The notes under the pieces: model-generated | Database searches by the model: none | What the model was told of the DNA's origin: nothing | Seen by the model: the letters and a program-made list of their open reading frames with translations, nothing else | Program-made: the position numbers and the translations under genes | From: Macrostomum lignano | Taxonomy: Eukaryota | DNA: 57,140 nucleotides | Reading direction: 5' to 3' | Assembly (NCBI GenBank): GCA_002269645.1 | Contig: NIVC01004166.1 | Location: forward strand, 1-57,140 | In this document: positions 38,325 through 50,079 of the stretch, piece after piece | Position numbering within the stretch: position 1 is the stretch's first letter | Layout of the letters: every line of letters starts with the position of its first letter

Positions 38325-39275
38325 TTCTTTCATGTCTGACATGACGCTTCTTTTGATTTTTACGTTACGCTTCTTTTATTCTTCCATGATGCTTCTTCAT
38401 TTTTTAAATGACACTTCCGTTAGTTTTTATATGAGGCTTCTATAATTTTTTCATGACGCTTCTATGTTAACATGACGCTTCTATGCTTGTTTACATGACG
38501 CTTTTATGATTGTTTACATGACGCTTCTATGATTGTTTACATGACGCTTGTATGATTGTTTACATGACGCTTCTATGATTTTTTACATGACGCTTCTATG
38601 ATTTTTACATGACGCTTCTATGATTTTTACATGACGCTTCTATGATTTTTTACATGACGCTTCTATGATTGTTTACATTACGCTTCTATGATTGTTTACA
38701 TGACGCTTCTATGATTGTTTACATGACGCTTCTATGATTTTTACATGACGCTTCTATGATTGTTTACATGACGCTTCTATGATTTTTTATGACGCTTTTA
38801 TGATTTTAACATGACGCTTCTATGATTTTTTTACATGACGCTTCTATGATTTTTTACATGACGCTTGTATGATTGTTTACATGACGCTTCTATGATTGTT
38901 TACATGACGCTTGTATGATTGTTTACATGACGCTTGTATGATTTTAACATGACGCTTCTATGATTGTTTGCATGACGCTTCTATGATTGCTTGCATGACG
39001 CTTCTATGATTTTTTTATGACGCTTTTATGATTTTAACATGACGCTTCTATGATTTTTTACATGACGCTTCTATGATTGTTTACATGACGCTTCTATGAT
39101 TTTAACATGACGCTTCTATGATTGTTTACATTACGCTTCTATGATTTTTACATGACGCTTCTATGATTTTTACATGACGCTTCTATGATTGTTTACATGA
39201 TGCTTCTATGATTGTTTACATGACGCTTGTATGATTGTTTACATGACGCTTGTATGATTGTTTACATGACGCTTC
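38325..39275. repeat. ~22-24-bp minisatellite (ACATGACGCTTCTATGATTGTTT)n
   Basis: About 40 copies. Confidence 0.97.
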
Positions 39276-39412
39276 CATAATTTTTTTTGTCTTGGCGTTA
39301 AAAAGCTTTAATTAAAAAAACTCTACTCTCTAAAAATTCGAACCATCGTCCCTGCATTTAGCAGTTTAGTCTGTTTACCTCTAGGCTAGCTCTCATGAAT
39401 TTTAGTCATTAC

Positions 39413-42400
39413 CCCTAAATAGAAAATATTCCCAAGACAGCAAGCATCCCCCCAGTAGCAAGCATCTTGCAGATAGCAAGCATCTTGCAGATAGCAAGCA
39501 TCTTGCAGATAGCAAGCATACCCCAAATAATGTAGAAGCATCCTTCCAGATAGCAAGCATACCCCAAATAATGTAGAAGCATCCTTCCAGATAGCAAGCA
39601 TCCTGCACATAGCAAGAATCCCTAAATAGCAAGCATCCCTGGATAGAAATAATCCTATACATGTAGCCAAGCTTATCAAGCGCAGTAATCCTTGGCTATC
39701 GAGTGCAGTAATCCTTGGTTTATTAATAGCAATAATCCATGGCTTATCGAGTGCAGTAATTCTTGGTTTGCCAAGTGCAGTAAGTAATCCTTGGTTTATT
39801 AATAGCAATAATCCTTGATAAATCAAGTGCAGTAATCCTTGGTTTGCCAAGAGCAATAGTCCTTGGTTTATTGAGTGCAGTAATTCATGGTTTATTAATA
39901 GCAATAATCCTTGGCTTATCGAGTGCAGTAATCCTTGGTTTGCCAAGTGCAGTAATCCTTGGTTTATTAATAGCAATAATCCTTGGCTTATCGAGTGCAG
40001 TAATCCTTGGTTTATTAATAGCAATAATCCTTGGCTTATCGAGTGCAGTAATCCTTGGTTTATTAATAGCAATAATCCATGCCTTATCGAGTGCAGTAAT
40101 CCTTGGTTTATTAATAGCAATAATCCTTGGCTTATCGAGTGCAGTAATCCTTGGTTTATTAATAGCAATAATCCTTGGCTTATCGAGTGCAGTAATCCTT
40201 GGTTTATTAATAGCAATAATCCTTGATTAATCAAGTGCAGTAATTTTTGGTTTGCCAAGAGCAATAGTCCTTGGTTTATTGAGTGCAGTAATCCTTGGTT
40301 TATTAATAGCAATAATCCTTGGCTTATCGAGTGCAGTAATCCTTAGTTTGCCAAGTGCATAATCCTTGGTTTATTAATAGCAATAATCCTTGGTTTATCG
40401 AGTGCAGTAATCCTTGGTTTACAATAATCCTTGGCTTATCGAGTGCAGTAATCCTTGGTTTATTAATAGCAATAATCCTTGGCTTATCGAGTGCAGTAAT
40501 CCTTGGTTTATTAATAGCAATAATCCATGGCTTATCGAGTGCAGTAATCCTTGGTTTGCCAAGAGCAATAGTCCTTGGTTTATTGAGTGCAGTAATCCTT
40601 GGTTTATTAATAGCAATAATCCTTGGCTTATCGAGTGCAGTATTCCTTGGTTTGCCAAGAGCAATAATCCTTAGCTTATCGAGTGCAGTAATCTAAGTGT
40701 TTTTATTTAGTCCTTTAATAAAAGCTTTTAATAAAAAATTTTACACTACTACTTAGATTCGAACCCAGGTCGCTGCATTAGCAGTCTGGTCTGTTCAGCT
40801 CTAGGCTAGCTCTCATCGAAGTTATCAGTGAATTTGTACCACTTATATAATTCAACACTCACACCAAGTCAGGTAGAGTAAAAAGTCACGCGAAGCAGTT
40901 ATGACATAATCAATTTCTTAGGCAAGTCAGTACCAGTGTCTATGAAAGCTAACAATATGGTTACGTAATATAAATTCAGTACTGCACTATACTTTCACAC
41001 TCAAAGCTGTGACGCAATTCAATTGAGTGTCAAATTCAGCCAGTACACAGACGATAAATAAAGTGTATTGTGATGCAATCTATTTCAGAATCAGAATTCA
41101 ACCAGTCAGTTTTTTCTCTAGCATTTTTACAGTGCGTTTCAAGTCGAAATAGCTGCTTGACCTTTGCAAAAAAGCATGTTTTTCGAATATTTAATCCCTT
41201 TAGCATCGAGCAATTTCTTAGCCACGATGCATGTACTGTCACGGGAAAATTTCTGATCGAACAGTGCAAGTTCGAAGAAAATCGGTTGAGCCGTTTTTGC
41301 TAAAATCGATCACACACACACACATACACACACACACATACCGACAGACCATTTTTAGTATATGGACTAGCAATCTAGTGCGGCCCCCTTCGGGGCGCCC
41401 AATAAGAAAGGAGCAAAAATAGTTCATGGAAAACAATAAAAAAACACATTTTCTTAAACACTAATTCCTTCTTCACATTTTAAAAATCACCTTATTCGTG
41501 TAAAATTGTCACGGACTAAGATGTTTGCAAAATTAAAAAATCACTTTTTCTCTAAAATTAACAAACAGTCAACAAAATATCGTTTCCCTAAATAGAAAAT
41601 ATTCCCAAGACAGCAAGCAACCCCCTCCAAAAGTGAACAATCGCAGATAGCAAGCATCCTCTAATGCTCATAGCAAGAATCACCACAGATAGCAAGCATC
41701 TGCAGATTAGCAAGCACCCCCCAGATATTATAGAAGCATCCACCCAGATAGCAAGCATTCTGCAGATAGCAAGCACCCCCAGATATTATAGAAGCATCCA
41801 CCCAGATAGCAAGCATTCTGCAGATAGCAAGCACCCCCAGATATTATAGAAGCATCCTGCAGATAGCAAGCACCCCCCAGATATTATAGAAGCATCCACC
41901 CAGATAGCAAGCATCCTGCAGATAGCAAGAATCCCTAAATAGCAAGCATCCTGCAGATAGCAAGAATCCCTGAATAGCAAGCATCCCTGGATAGAAAGAA
42001 TCCCATGCATGTAGCCAGTACCCCCTCTCCCAAATAGCAAGTATCCCCCCTCGAGAGCAAGCATCCACGAGACAGCAAGTAGCTAGTGCAAATGTTACTT
42101 CCGCTAATGCAATAATCGCTTTCTCAGGTTGTGCAACAATCCACGTCTCAGCGAGCGCAATAATCTCTTTTTTAGACAGCGCAGTAATCAGCTTCTCAGC
42201 TAGTGCAATAATCCTTGGTTTATTAATAGCAATAATCCTTGATTAATCAAGTGCAATAATCCTTGATTTATTAAGTGCAATAATCCTTGGTTTATCTAGC
42301 GCAGTAATCCTTGGCTTATCAGGTGCAATAATCCTTGGTTTATCAAGTGAAATAATCCTTGGTTTATCAAGTGCAATAATCCTTGGCTTATCAACTGCAA

Positions 42401-44240
42401 TAATCCTTGGTTTATCAAGCGCAGTAATCTTTGGCCTATCAAGTGCAATAATCCTTGGTTTATCAAGTGCAGTAATCCTTGGCCTATCAAGTGCAATAAT
42501 CCTTGGTTTATCAAGTGCAATAATCCTTGGTTTATCAAGTGTAATAATCCTTGGTTTATCAAGTGCAATAATCCTTGGCTTATCAAGTGCAATAATCCTT
42601 GGTTTATCAAGTGCAATAATCCTTGGTTTATCAAGCGCAGTAATCCTTGGCCTATCAAGTGCAATAATCCTTGGCTTATCAAGTGCAATAATCCTTGGTT
42701 TATCAAGTGCAATAATCCTTGGTTTATCAAGTGCAGTAATCCTTGGCCTATCAAGTGCAATAATCCTTGGTTTGCCAAGAGCAATAATCCTTAGTTTATC
42801 GAGTGCAGTAATCCTTAGTTTTCCAAGTGCAGTAATCCTTGGTTTATTAAGAGCAATAATCCTTGGCTTATCGAGTGCAGTAATCCTTGGTTTGCCAAGA
42901 GCAATAATCCTTGGTTTATCAAGTGCAATAATCCTTGGTTTATCAAGTGCAATAATCCTTGGTTTATCAAGTGCAATAATCCTTGGTTTATCAAGTGCAA
43001 TAATCCTTGGTTTATCAAGTGCAATAATCCTTTGTTTATCAAGTGCAATAATCCTTTGTTTATCAAGTGCAATAATCCTTGGTTTATCAAGCGCAGTAAT
43101 CCTTGGCTTATCAAGTGCAATAATCCTTGGTTTGCCAAGAGCAATAGTCCTTGGTTTATCGAGTGCAGTAATCCTTGGTTTTCCAAGTGCAGTAATCCTT
43201 GGTTTATTAATAGCAATAATCCTTGGCTTCTTGAGTGCAGTAATCCTTGGTTTGCCAAGAGCAATAGTCCTTGGTTTATCGAGTGCAGTAATCCTTGGTT
43301 TTCCAAGTGCAATAATCCTTGGCTTCCTGAGTGCAGTAATCCTTGGTTTGCCAAGAGCAATAGTCCTTGGTTTATCGAGTGCAGTAATCCTTGGTTTTCC
43401 AAGTGCAGTAATCCTTGGTTTATTAATAGCAATAATCCTTGGCTTCTTGAGTGCAGTAATCCTTGGTTTGCCAAGAGCAATAGTCCTTGGTTTATCGAGT
43501 GCAGTAGTCCTTGGTTTATTAATAGCAATAATCCTTGGCTTATCGAGTGCAGTAATCTAAGTGTTTTTATTTAGTCCTTTAATAAAACCTTTTAATAAAA
43601 TAATTTACACTACTACTTTTAAACTACTTAGATTCGAACCTAGGTCGCTGCATTAGCAGTCTGGTCTGTTCAGCTCTAGGCTAGCTCTCATCGAAGTTAT
43701 CAGTGATGTTGTACCACTTATATAATTCAACACTCACACCAAGTCAGGTAGAGTAAAAAGTCTCACGAAGCAGTTATGACATAATCAATTTCTTAGGCAA
43801 GTCAGTACCAGTGTCTATGAAAGTTTACAATATGGTTACGTAATATAAATTCAGTACTGCGCTATGCTTTCACACTCAAAGCTGTGACGCAATTCAATTG
43901 AGTGTCAAATTCAGCCAGTACACAGATGATAAATAAAGTGTATTGTGATGCAATCTATTTCAGAATCAGAATTCAACCAGTCAGTTTTTCTGCTAGCATT
44001 CTTACGATGCATTTCAAGTCGAAAGAGCTGCTTGACCTTTGCAAAAAAGCATGTTTTTCGAATATTTAATCCCTTTAGCATCAAGCAATTTCTTAGCCAC
44101 GATGCATGTACTGTCACGGGAAAATTTCTGATCGAACAGTGCAAGTTCGAAGAAAATCGGTTGAGCCGTTTTTGCTAAAATCGATCACACACACACACAT
44201 ACACACACACACATACCGACAGACCATTTTTAGTATATGG
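39413..44240. repeat. Tandem duplication (39413-41365 and 41587-44240); each unit = 18-bp GCAAGCATC array + 21-bp AATCCTTGGTTTATCAAGTGCAAT-like array + tRNA-like segment + ~0.67-kb unique tail
   Basis: Shared start CCTAAATAGAAAATATTCCCAAGACAGCAAGCA; unique parts 40695-41365 and 43558-44240 are nearly identical. Confidence 0.92.
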
Positions 44241-44949
44241 ATATATTGTAGCTCAATAGACAGTATTTCAGACTTCAGGTATTAAGCAAAAGCTATATAG
44301 GGGTCATTTTTGGACGTATGATTTAAAAGTATTCTAGACAATCCTTTCAAGCAACATTGTGACAGAAATTTTTTAATTAAAAATAAGCTTGATAAATGCC
44401 TTCGCGGTATTCTCTCCTTGGTTGACGCACTTTATCTTTAGCCACAGTGTCTGGAGAACTGCACACCCCGGCATAGAGGTAGGCTTCCTCTTTGCCATGA
44501 CTGCAATTTCCCGCACCTCTCAAGAAGTACAATAAAGTTAAAATTCCCAAGTCACAATCCGACCCCCCCCCAGTGCATTGTGTAACGGTCAGCTCTTGTA
44601 GAGCATCTAGCTTCATTTTGCTCTTCTGAAGATGTAGGTGTAGTAAGATCGAGAGAGTGTGCGCAGCTGCTAGTGAGTGATGAGTTTGCTTTGGGGGAGA
44701 CGACGGGGTCTTGAGCACAGTGACTTGCTATATGTCAACTGGCTAATGTTATGCTAAGAAAGCAGGCGGGACCCTAACTTGACAGACGTGGCTATATAAA
44801 TGGTAAAGTAAGCAGGGGAAGCTGGAGAGAAACTGGAGGGAAGCAAGCAAGTGCTGAGCTCATACTGGAACGCAGACGAAGGAATTTCAAGTAAAAATTT
44901 GTACCCGAGACTCGCTAGACTTAGCAGTTGCTGCCTCACAACTAAAATA

Positions 44950-47925
44950 ATGGCAGCCAGGCGTAGAGCGCAAGAACGGGACTTCAATAGGCGCAGACGG
45001 CTGATTCTGGACCGCGGCATCGACTTAGCCTACAATCAGAAGGACACGGCGTTCGGCGAATGCCTACTAAAGGTGAATGTGCGCGAGGGCACCAGATTGG
45101 AGAGGCGACAGTTGGCGTTAGCAAAGCAGCAGGGGCAGGTGGCGGCTCACCGGGACCAGGAGAAGAAGCGCTTTGTGGCGCTGCGCGATCAGGCAATCCG
45201 GGAGCCGACTCTGCTGCTGGAGAGACTGCCCAGTGCCGAGCAGTATCCGGACTTTATTGACATGAGCTTGCCCAGGTAAGGCCTTTGGTGCCGTGCTCAC
45301 TCGTAGGTATGGATAGGATGCTTCAGATAGATTTCTATCAGTCTACAACCAAATGCAACGCCAGGGACTGTACGAGTGTGTTAGTGAGGGAAAGCAATAT
45401 TGTTACCGAGGGAGGCAGAGTGCGGTAAACACGAATGACTCTCGCGCGCCACGACCCCTGGTTCGATTCCGTGCGCGGCCGCATTCGTTTGGAGCTTTTG
45501 CGCAAAAATTGGCCGAGGGGATGCCGTGAGATCCAAACCCATGAAGGCCAGCCTCCAGGGTACAGAGAGTGTACATGCCTGACGATTGGAAGTAAAGACC
45601 GCTGTACAACCCTAAACACAAGTAGAATTTAACGATCAAAAATCGCAAGGAAGCACCTCGAATTGACCTACGAAATGTGAAAAGCATCGCTAGCATCAGC
45701 TATAGGGCAAATCGAAATAGAGCAAAAACCTTTGATTCCCTACCCCAGTATTGAAAATGATATAATATTAGTTAATTCAATCAGAAGATGGGAAGATTGC
45801 ATTCAGGGAAAGTTTCCGCATAACTTCTGAAAGCTTATAGACTCTTTATGTTGTAAATGAATTGTAAATTTCGCGCTGCTTTGCAGGTTCATGCGCCCGC
45901 TGGAGGCGCGCCAGTCTAAGGCGCCGGAATTCGCCACACTGAGCGTGTTTCAAGCCGTGAAGAAACGCAAACGCAACCCCTGGGAGGAGGCGGTTCGATC
46001 TAAGGTCCAGTTCCGGCCGACCCTGTGCCCCTGTCCCCGCCTGAGCCGAGGCGACACAGAAAAGTTGACGGCCGACTGGGCCCAAGTGGCCGAGCTGCAG
46101 AGCCGGGCGCTGCAAAGTGGATCAGCGGTGAGCAAAACTGAAACAAATGCTGTGCGGTGTTTTCGATGCGGTTAATGCTTGACTCGAGTTGCTTTCAACG
46201 GCTGACTGTAGCCACTCAATGTGAATGGGATGAGATTAATAAAACCATGCCTAAACTAGTTATCACCGTAACTAAGGGGGGTTTGAGCCCAGTGATTAGA
46301 GCGTCGGACTCACGACTTGAAGGTCGGGGGTTCGATTCCCGATTCCACTGGAACAATTTGCATCCTTGAGCAAGACACTTAACTCTGCATTGCTTCAGTT
46401 CACCCAGCTGTAAAATGGGTACCAGCATTAGCTGGGGTAATTGAGGGTGTGTGGCGACCCCCTGCAGTCCTTGGACTGAACAGCCGTACGCAGCCTTCAG
46501 ATGCGCCGTGCAATCAAAGACTACTTAAGTATACGTTACTTTAGTCGTCCTTGCGTGCAATAGCTGCGGCTGAGCTGTCGCTTGCACATCTGGCCCAATT
46601 GGGGCAGATGTAATCAATTATTATTATTAATTATTATCATTATTATTAATATTATTAATATTATTATTATTATTATTAATATTATTATTATTAAGCTGAA
46701 ATAAACTTAAAAAAAAGTGAAAAATTAAAATAAAAATAACAGCTAATGAGTACTAACTTGTGTACTAACCGGTATGTGAAGCAGCCGTACCTGCACGTGC
46801 CTCAACCGCAGTAAACACAGCAGTTTTTCTTGGCTTATGGCTCAACTAAATCGAACATTCAATAAACCCCGACCTTAAATCTGAAAACTCACGCAGCCCT
46901 CAGCGCCGAATCGCTCGCTCACCACCAAGCCGTACGTCGCAAACCCGGCCACCAACCCGTTGGGTTTGCCGTCCCGCCTGAACTCAGCGTTGCATCGCCT
47001 GGCTCGCGACCTGTTCGACGATATGCCATCAACGTCTGGCGGCCTGGCGTCGGCTTCCTCCACGTCGGCAGCATCGAGGAAAAGTCCTCTGGCGCCGGTC
47101 GATGAGACGCCGCAGCAGTCGCCGATTTTCATCACCCAGATGAGCAACGGACAGCTAAGAGGACCGAGTGAGCCGGTGTTCGATTTCGAGCGGCGAAGGA
47201 GCGACAGTCGGAGACGGGAGAAGGAACAGGTGAGCACTGGGTTGCTTGACCGTTGCAACGTGTGGCCCCCATGAGGGCCAATCCCCAAGGCACAGAGAGT
47301 GTACGAGTACATGCATGAAGATTAGAAAGGGCCGCTGTACACTCTGTGTGAGCGGTGTGTATGAGTGCGTGCCTGCATAATTCTTGGCGCGCTTGAATGT
47401 GCTCAGGAGTCATTGAAATGGGGAGAATTGCCTCAGCTGTGCAACAGTGTCACCGAAGACGTTGCACCTATGTGCCCTTCTGAAAATATGCCGGTAACTA
47501 TTTACTATCAAAAACTACTTTGAGTAGCTGGGAAGCAAGTGAAACAGCACTAACTCTTGCCTATTCCACACGATTACAAGGCGGTGCGCAAGCAGCAAGT
47601 GGACCGCGCTCTCACCAGCATTTACCAGCTGCTGGACGGTCGGCGCGCCGCCGGTCAGCCGCACCTGCGCTCAGTGAACAGCCGCCGCCACCGTGGCCTT
47701 CTCGACGAAGTCGGCGGAAACAACGACGAAGACGACGGTGTCGACGTTGATGACGAAGCGGCCCCGGTTGATTTCAGAAGTCAGCATCCAACAACGTGCA
47801 GGACGGCGGAGAATCAGCGAATCCTGACGGAGGCCAGGCGAAGCCGGGTTGTCGTCACGAGGAGGCGGCTGGTGCGGGGCGATGAAGACAAGCAGCTTGG
47901 GAGTGCAGAGCGGCTGAGCCAATAA
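44950..47925 (+). CDS. Uncharacterised 4-exon gene: 44950-45275, 45887-46127, 46897-47229, 47581-47925; ~414 aa, charged/coiled-coil N-terminus
   Basis: Donors GTAAG, GTGAGC and GTGAGC; acceptors TTGCAG, ACGCAG and TACAAG (the last preceded by a CTAAC branch motif); phases 2,0,0 are all compatible with no stops. No family recognised. Confidence 0.65.
45408..45625 (+). mobile_element. Diverged tRNA-headed SINE carrying the shared central domain
   Basis: Box B GGTTCGATTCC at 45460-45470, followed by GGCCAGCCTCCAGGGTACAGAGAGTGTACATGCC...CCGCTGTACA. Confidence 0.7.
46276..46500 (+). mobile_element. tRNA-derived SINE with CORE (MIR-like) domain
   Basis: Box A-like TGAGCCCAGTG and box B GGTTCGATTCC (46329-46339), then CCTTGAGCAAGACACTTAAC...CAGTT...CTGTAAAATGGG resembling the CORE consensus. 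Confidence 0.75.
47272..47430 (+). mobile_element. Headless SINE fragment (shared central domain)
   Basis: GAGGGCCAATCCCCAAGGCACAGAGAGTGTAC...GGGCCGCTGTACACTCTGTGTGAG...GCGCGCTTG..TGTGCTCAGGAG. Confidence 0.78.
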
Positions 47926-48984
47926 TGCTGAGGAATTCTGCGCTACGAATATCTGAAGCCTGATTGATATTGCGATTTACTCTCGTAAGAAAGTCTTTAA
48001 AAGAAAAAAGTTGTGTCCGATGTTTGTGACTTTAATCACCATAATGTTGTGGGCCCCGTCCTCCGCAGCGACGCCTACAGCTGAACCCTGTTGGGTAACT
48101 GCGACCCCCAGGTCCCCAGTTAGAGCTCCCGTCCCGCGCCCTAGAGAGAAGCAGTAAAAAGGTCAGAAAAGAACTCGCGAGCTTCTGTGTAAAGCAGTCC
48201 ACACTTGTTATGGTAGACAAAAAGTTTGTTTTGAAGTAGCCAAAGATAGGACCAAGAGGACCCAAGGCCGCGGCTGCCCACTAGACAGCAAAGGACCTGT
48301 CAACTTAGCTTAATCTCATAAATTGGAGCCCCAGTAACCTATGTACACAAATGCTACGTCATTCTGCTCACGGTGACACTAGGATTAACGGAAGCTGGGT
48401 TTGGCAAAAAACGACGAAAACGAGCATATTGGACTTGGGATAGCCGGATAGGGGAGAACAAGCATGGGGATAATTAGGGACCCGACATCATGAGCTTAAG
48501 TTGACATGCCCTTTATTCTATATTTTTTATCTGACCTACGAGTACTTGAATACTAAGTACTTTAAGAACTAATGTACGGTACGGTAGGGGCAGGTGGTGC
48601 GAGGTGGCTTGCTCGGCGTACGCATTGATTATTGATTGGAGGGTTGGGCAGACTGGAAGGGTTGTTGGGGCGGGGCAGGAGGGCGGGCACGATTGCACAA
48701 CAAAAAAATGGTCTGCGTTTTTGACATCGGATTGACCGGGTTGCTGAAATTTGAGCTTTCAGTGTCGAGTTAGCGATGAAAAAACCGGCGTCCCGGGGTT
48801 CCCAGCGCCGGAGTCAGTCATTCGATAGTCAACGAGACTGAAAAATAATGAGCAAAGTCAATACTGAATTTCAGATTTCCCAGAATTTTTTCTCTTGTAC
48901 TTGTGTTTCATGTTTATTCTGAACAGAAGTTTTTTTTTCTACTCGTACAACGAGATTTCGAGATCTATAACGGTGTTGCGGAAA

Positions 48985-49344
48985 GGGGGGCCGTAGCCCA
49001 GCGGTAGCGCAGCTGCTCTGGTGTGCCAGCGACCCAGGCTCGATTCCAAGTGCAGTCACATTAATTTGGGGCTGAATTGGAATCTCGGCCCGGCTCTGCT
49101 CGTGCAATTAACGGCCTTGAGAGCCAACCCCCCAAGGCGCAGTGAAGTGTACATGCCTAACGATAATATATAGTTAGGGCCGCTGTACACTCCTGTGTGA
49201 GTGTGTGTCTGCGTACGTATCCGCGCGCTTGTATGCCTGCTCAGGGGAGTCGGCGGAATGGGCAGTAATGCCTCTCGCCGGTTGTGTGCCTATGTCGCTT
49301 AAAGTGCGCCAGGGTGCACACAACCCCCTGCCTTTAATAAAAAA
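48985..49344 (+). mobile_element. Full-length young tRNA-derived SINE (~360 bp)
   Basis: Box A TAGCCCAGCGG, box B-like GGCTCGATTCC, A-rich tail, 16-bp TSD AACGGTGTTGCGGAAA (48969-48984, 49345-49360). Confidence 0.93.
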
Positions 49345-49879
49345 AACGGTGTTGCGGAAAAGTGAAAAAGAATAATTACTCTGTTTTGCGTAGAAATTAT
49401 AGGCTTAATAAAGTGACTCGAAAATTACGCTCGTATAAATAATATGAGCAGCTTACGGGGTACTTTTATGCATAGTTTACTTATTTTCGTTTATTTGTTT
49501 ATAAAAGTACATGTAGTAAGAGCGTAATATATCAACTGTAAAGTTTTTATATAGTCTTACAAATCGGTTAACAGTTTGACTGCTAACCTATTGTTTTTGA
49601 GAAGACTCAAAGGGGTAAACTAAATTACAATGAGTCTTAAAGAAAAGGTGTCGCCATGGTTTTTATGGTCGGAGATAAAGCCAAGAATTCTAAAAGACTA
49701 AACTCCTACATTATTTTAGGAATCCGTGTTGTTAGCACTCATTTTGGCGCCCAGACACTCATTCTGGCGCCAAAGGCGCTATATTTAGGCGCCCTGAAGC
49801 AAAAGAATTGGTTTCCATAATGGGTCACAAGGTGGGGCCAGGGGAAGCAAAATCATTGGCATGTCCCCTCATAGCTTTT

Positions 49880-49928
49880 ACTGAGGGGGCATGCCCCCCC
49901 TGCCCCCCCCCCGGTGGCGACGCCCCTG
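49880..49928 (-). mobile_element. Possible terminus of a non-autonomous DNA transposon (CAGGGGCGTCGCCACCGGGGGG...)
   Basis: Resembles common hAT-MITE ends with G-runs and a GGGGGCATGCCCCC palindrome; partner end not found. Confidence 0.35.
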
Positions 49929-50079
49929 ATATACAGTTTGATTGAATCTATACTCAATCCAAGTTAGATCTCTATGGAATCCTAGATATATAATACCTAT
50001 TACGAATCACTAATATATAAAGTTACTAGAATTCATAATAAACAAATGAACTCTCCGGTTAACTAAAGAAGCTGTAATT

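Noticed and set aside
39386-43574. Hydrophobic or leucine-repeat ORFs (LLHLINQG, AIILGLSS)
   Set aside because: They are 21-bp minisatellite translations that mimic LRR/TM repeats only because the unit is a multiple of 3.
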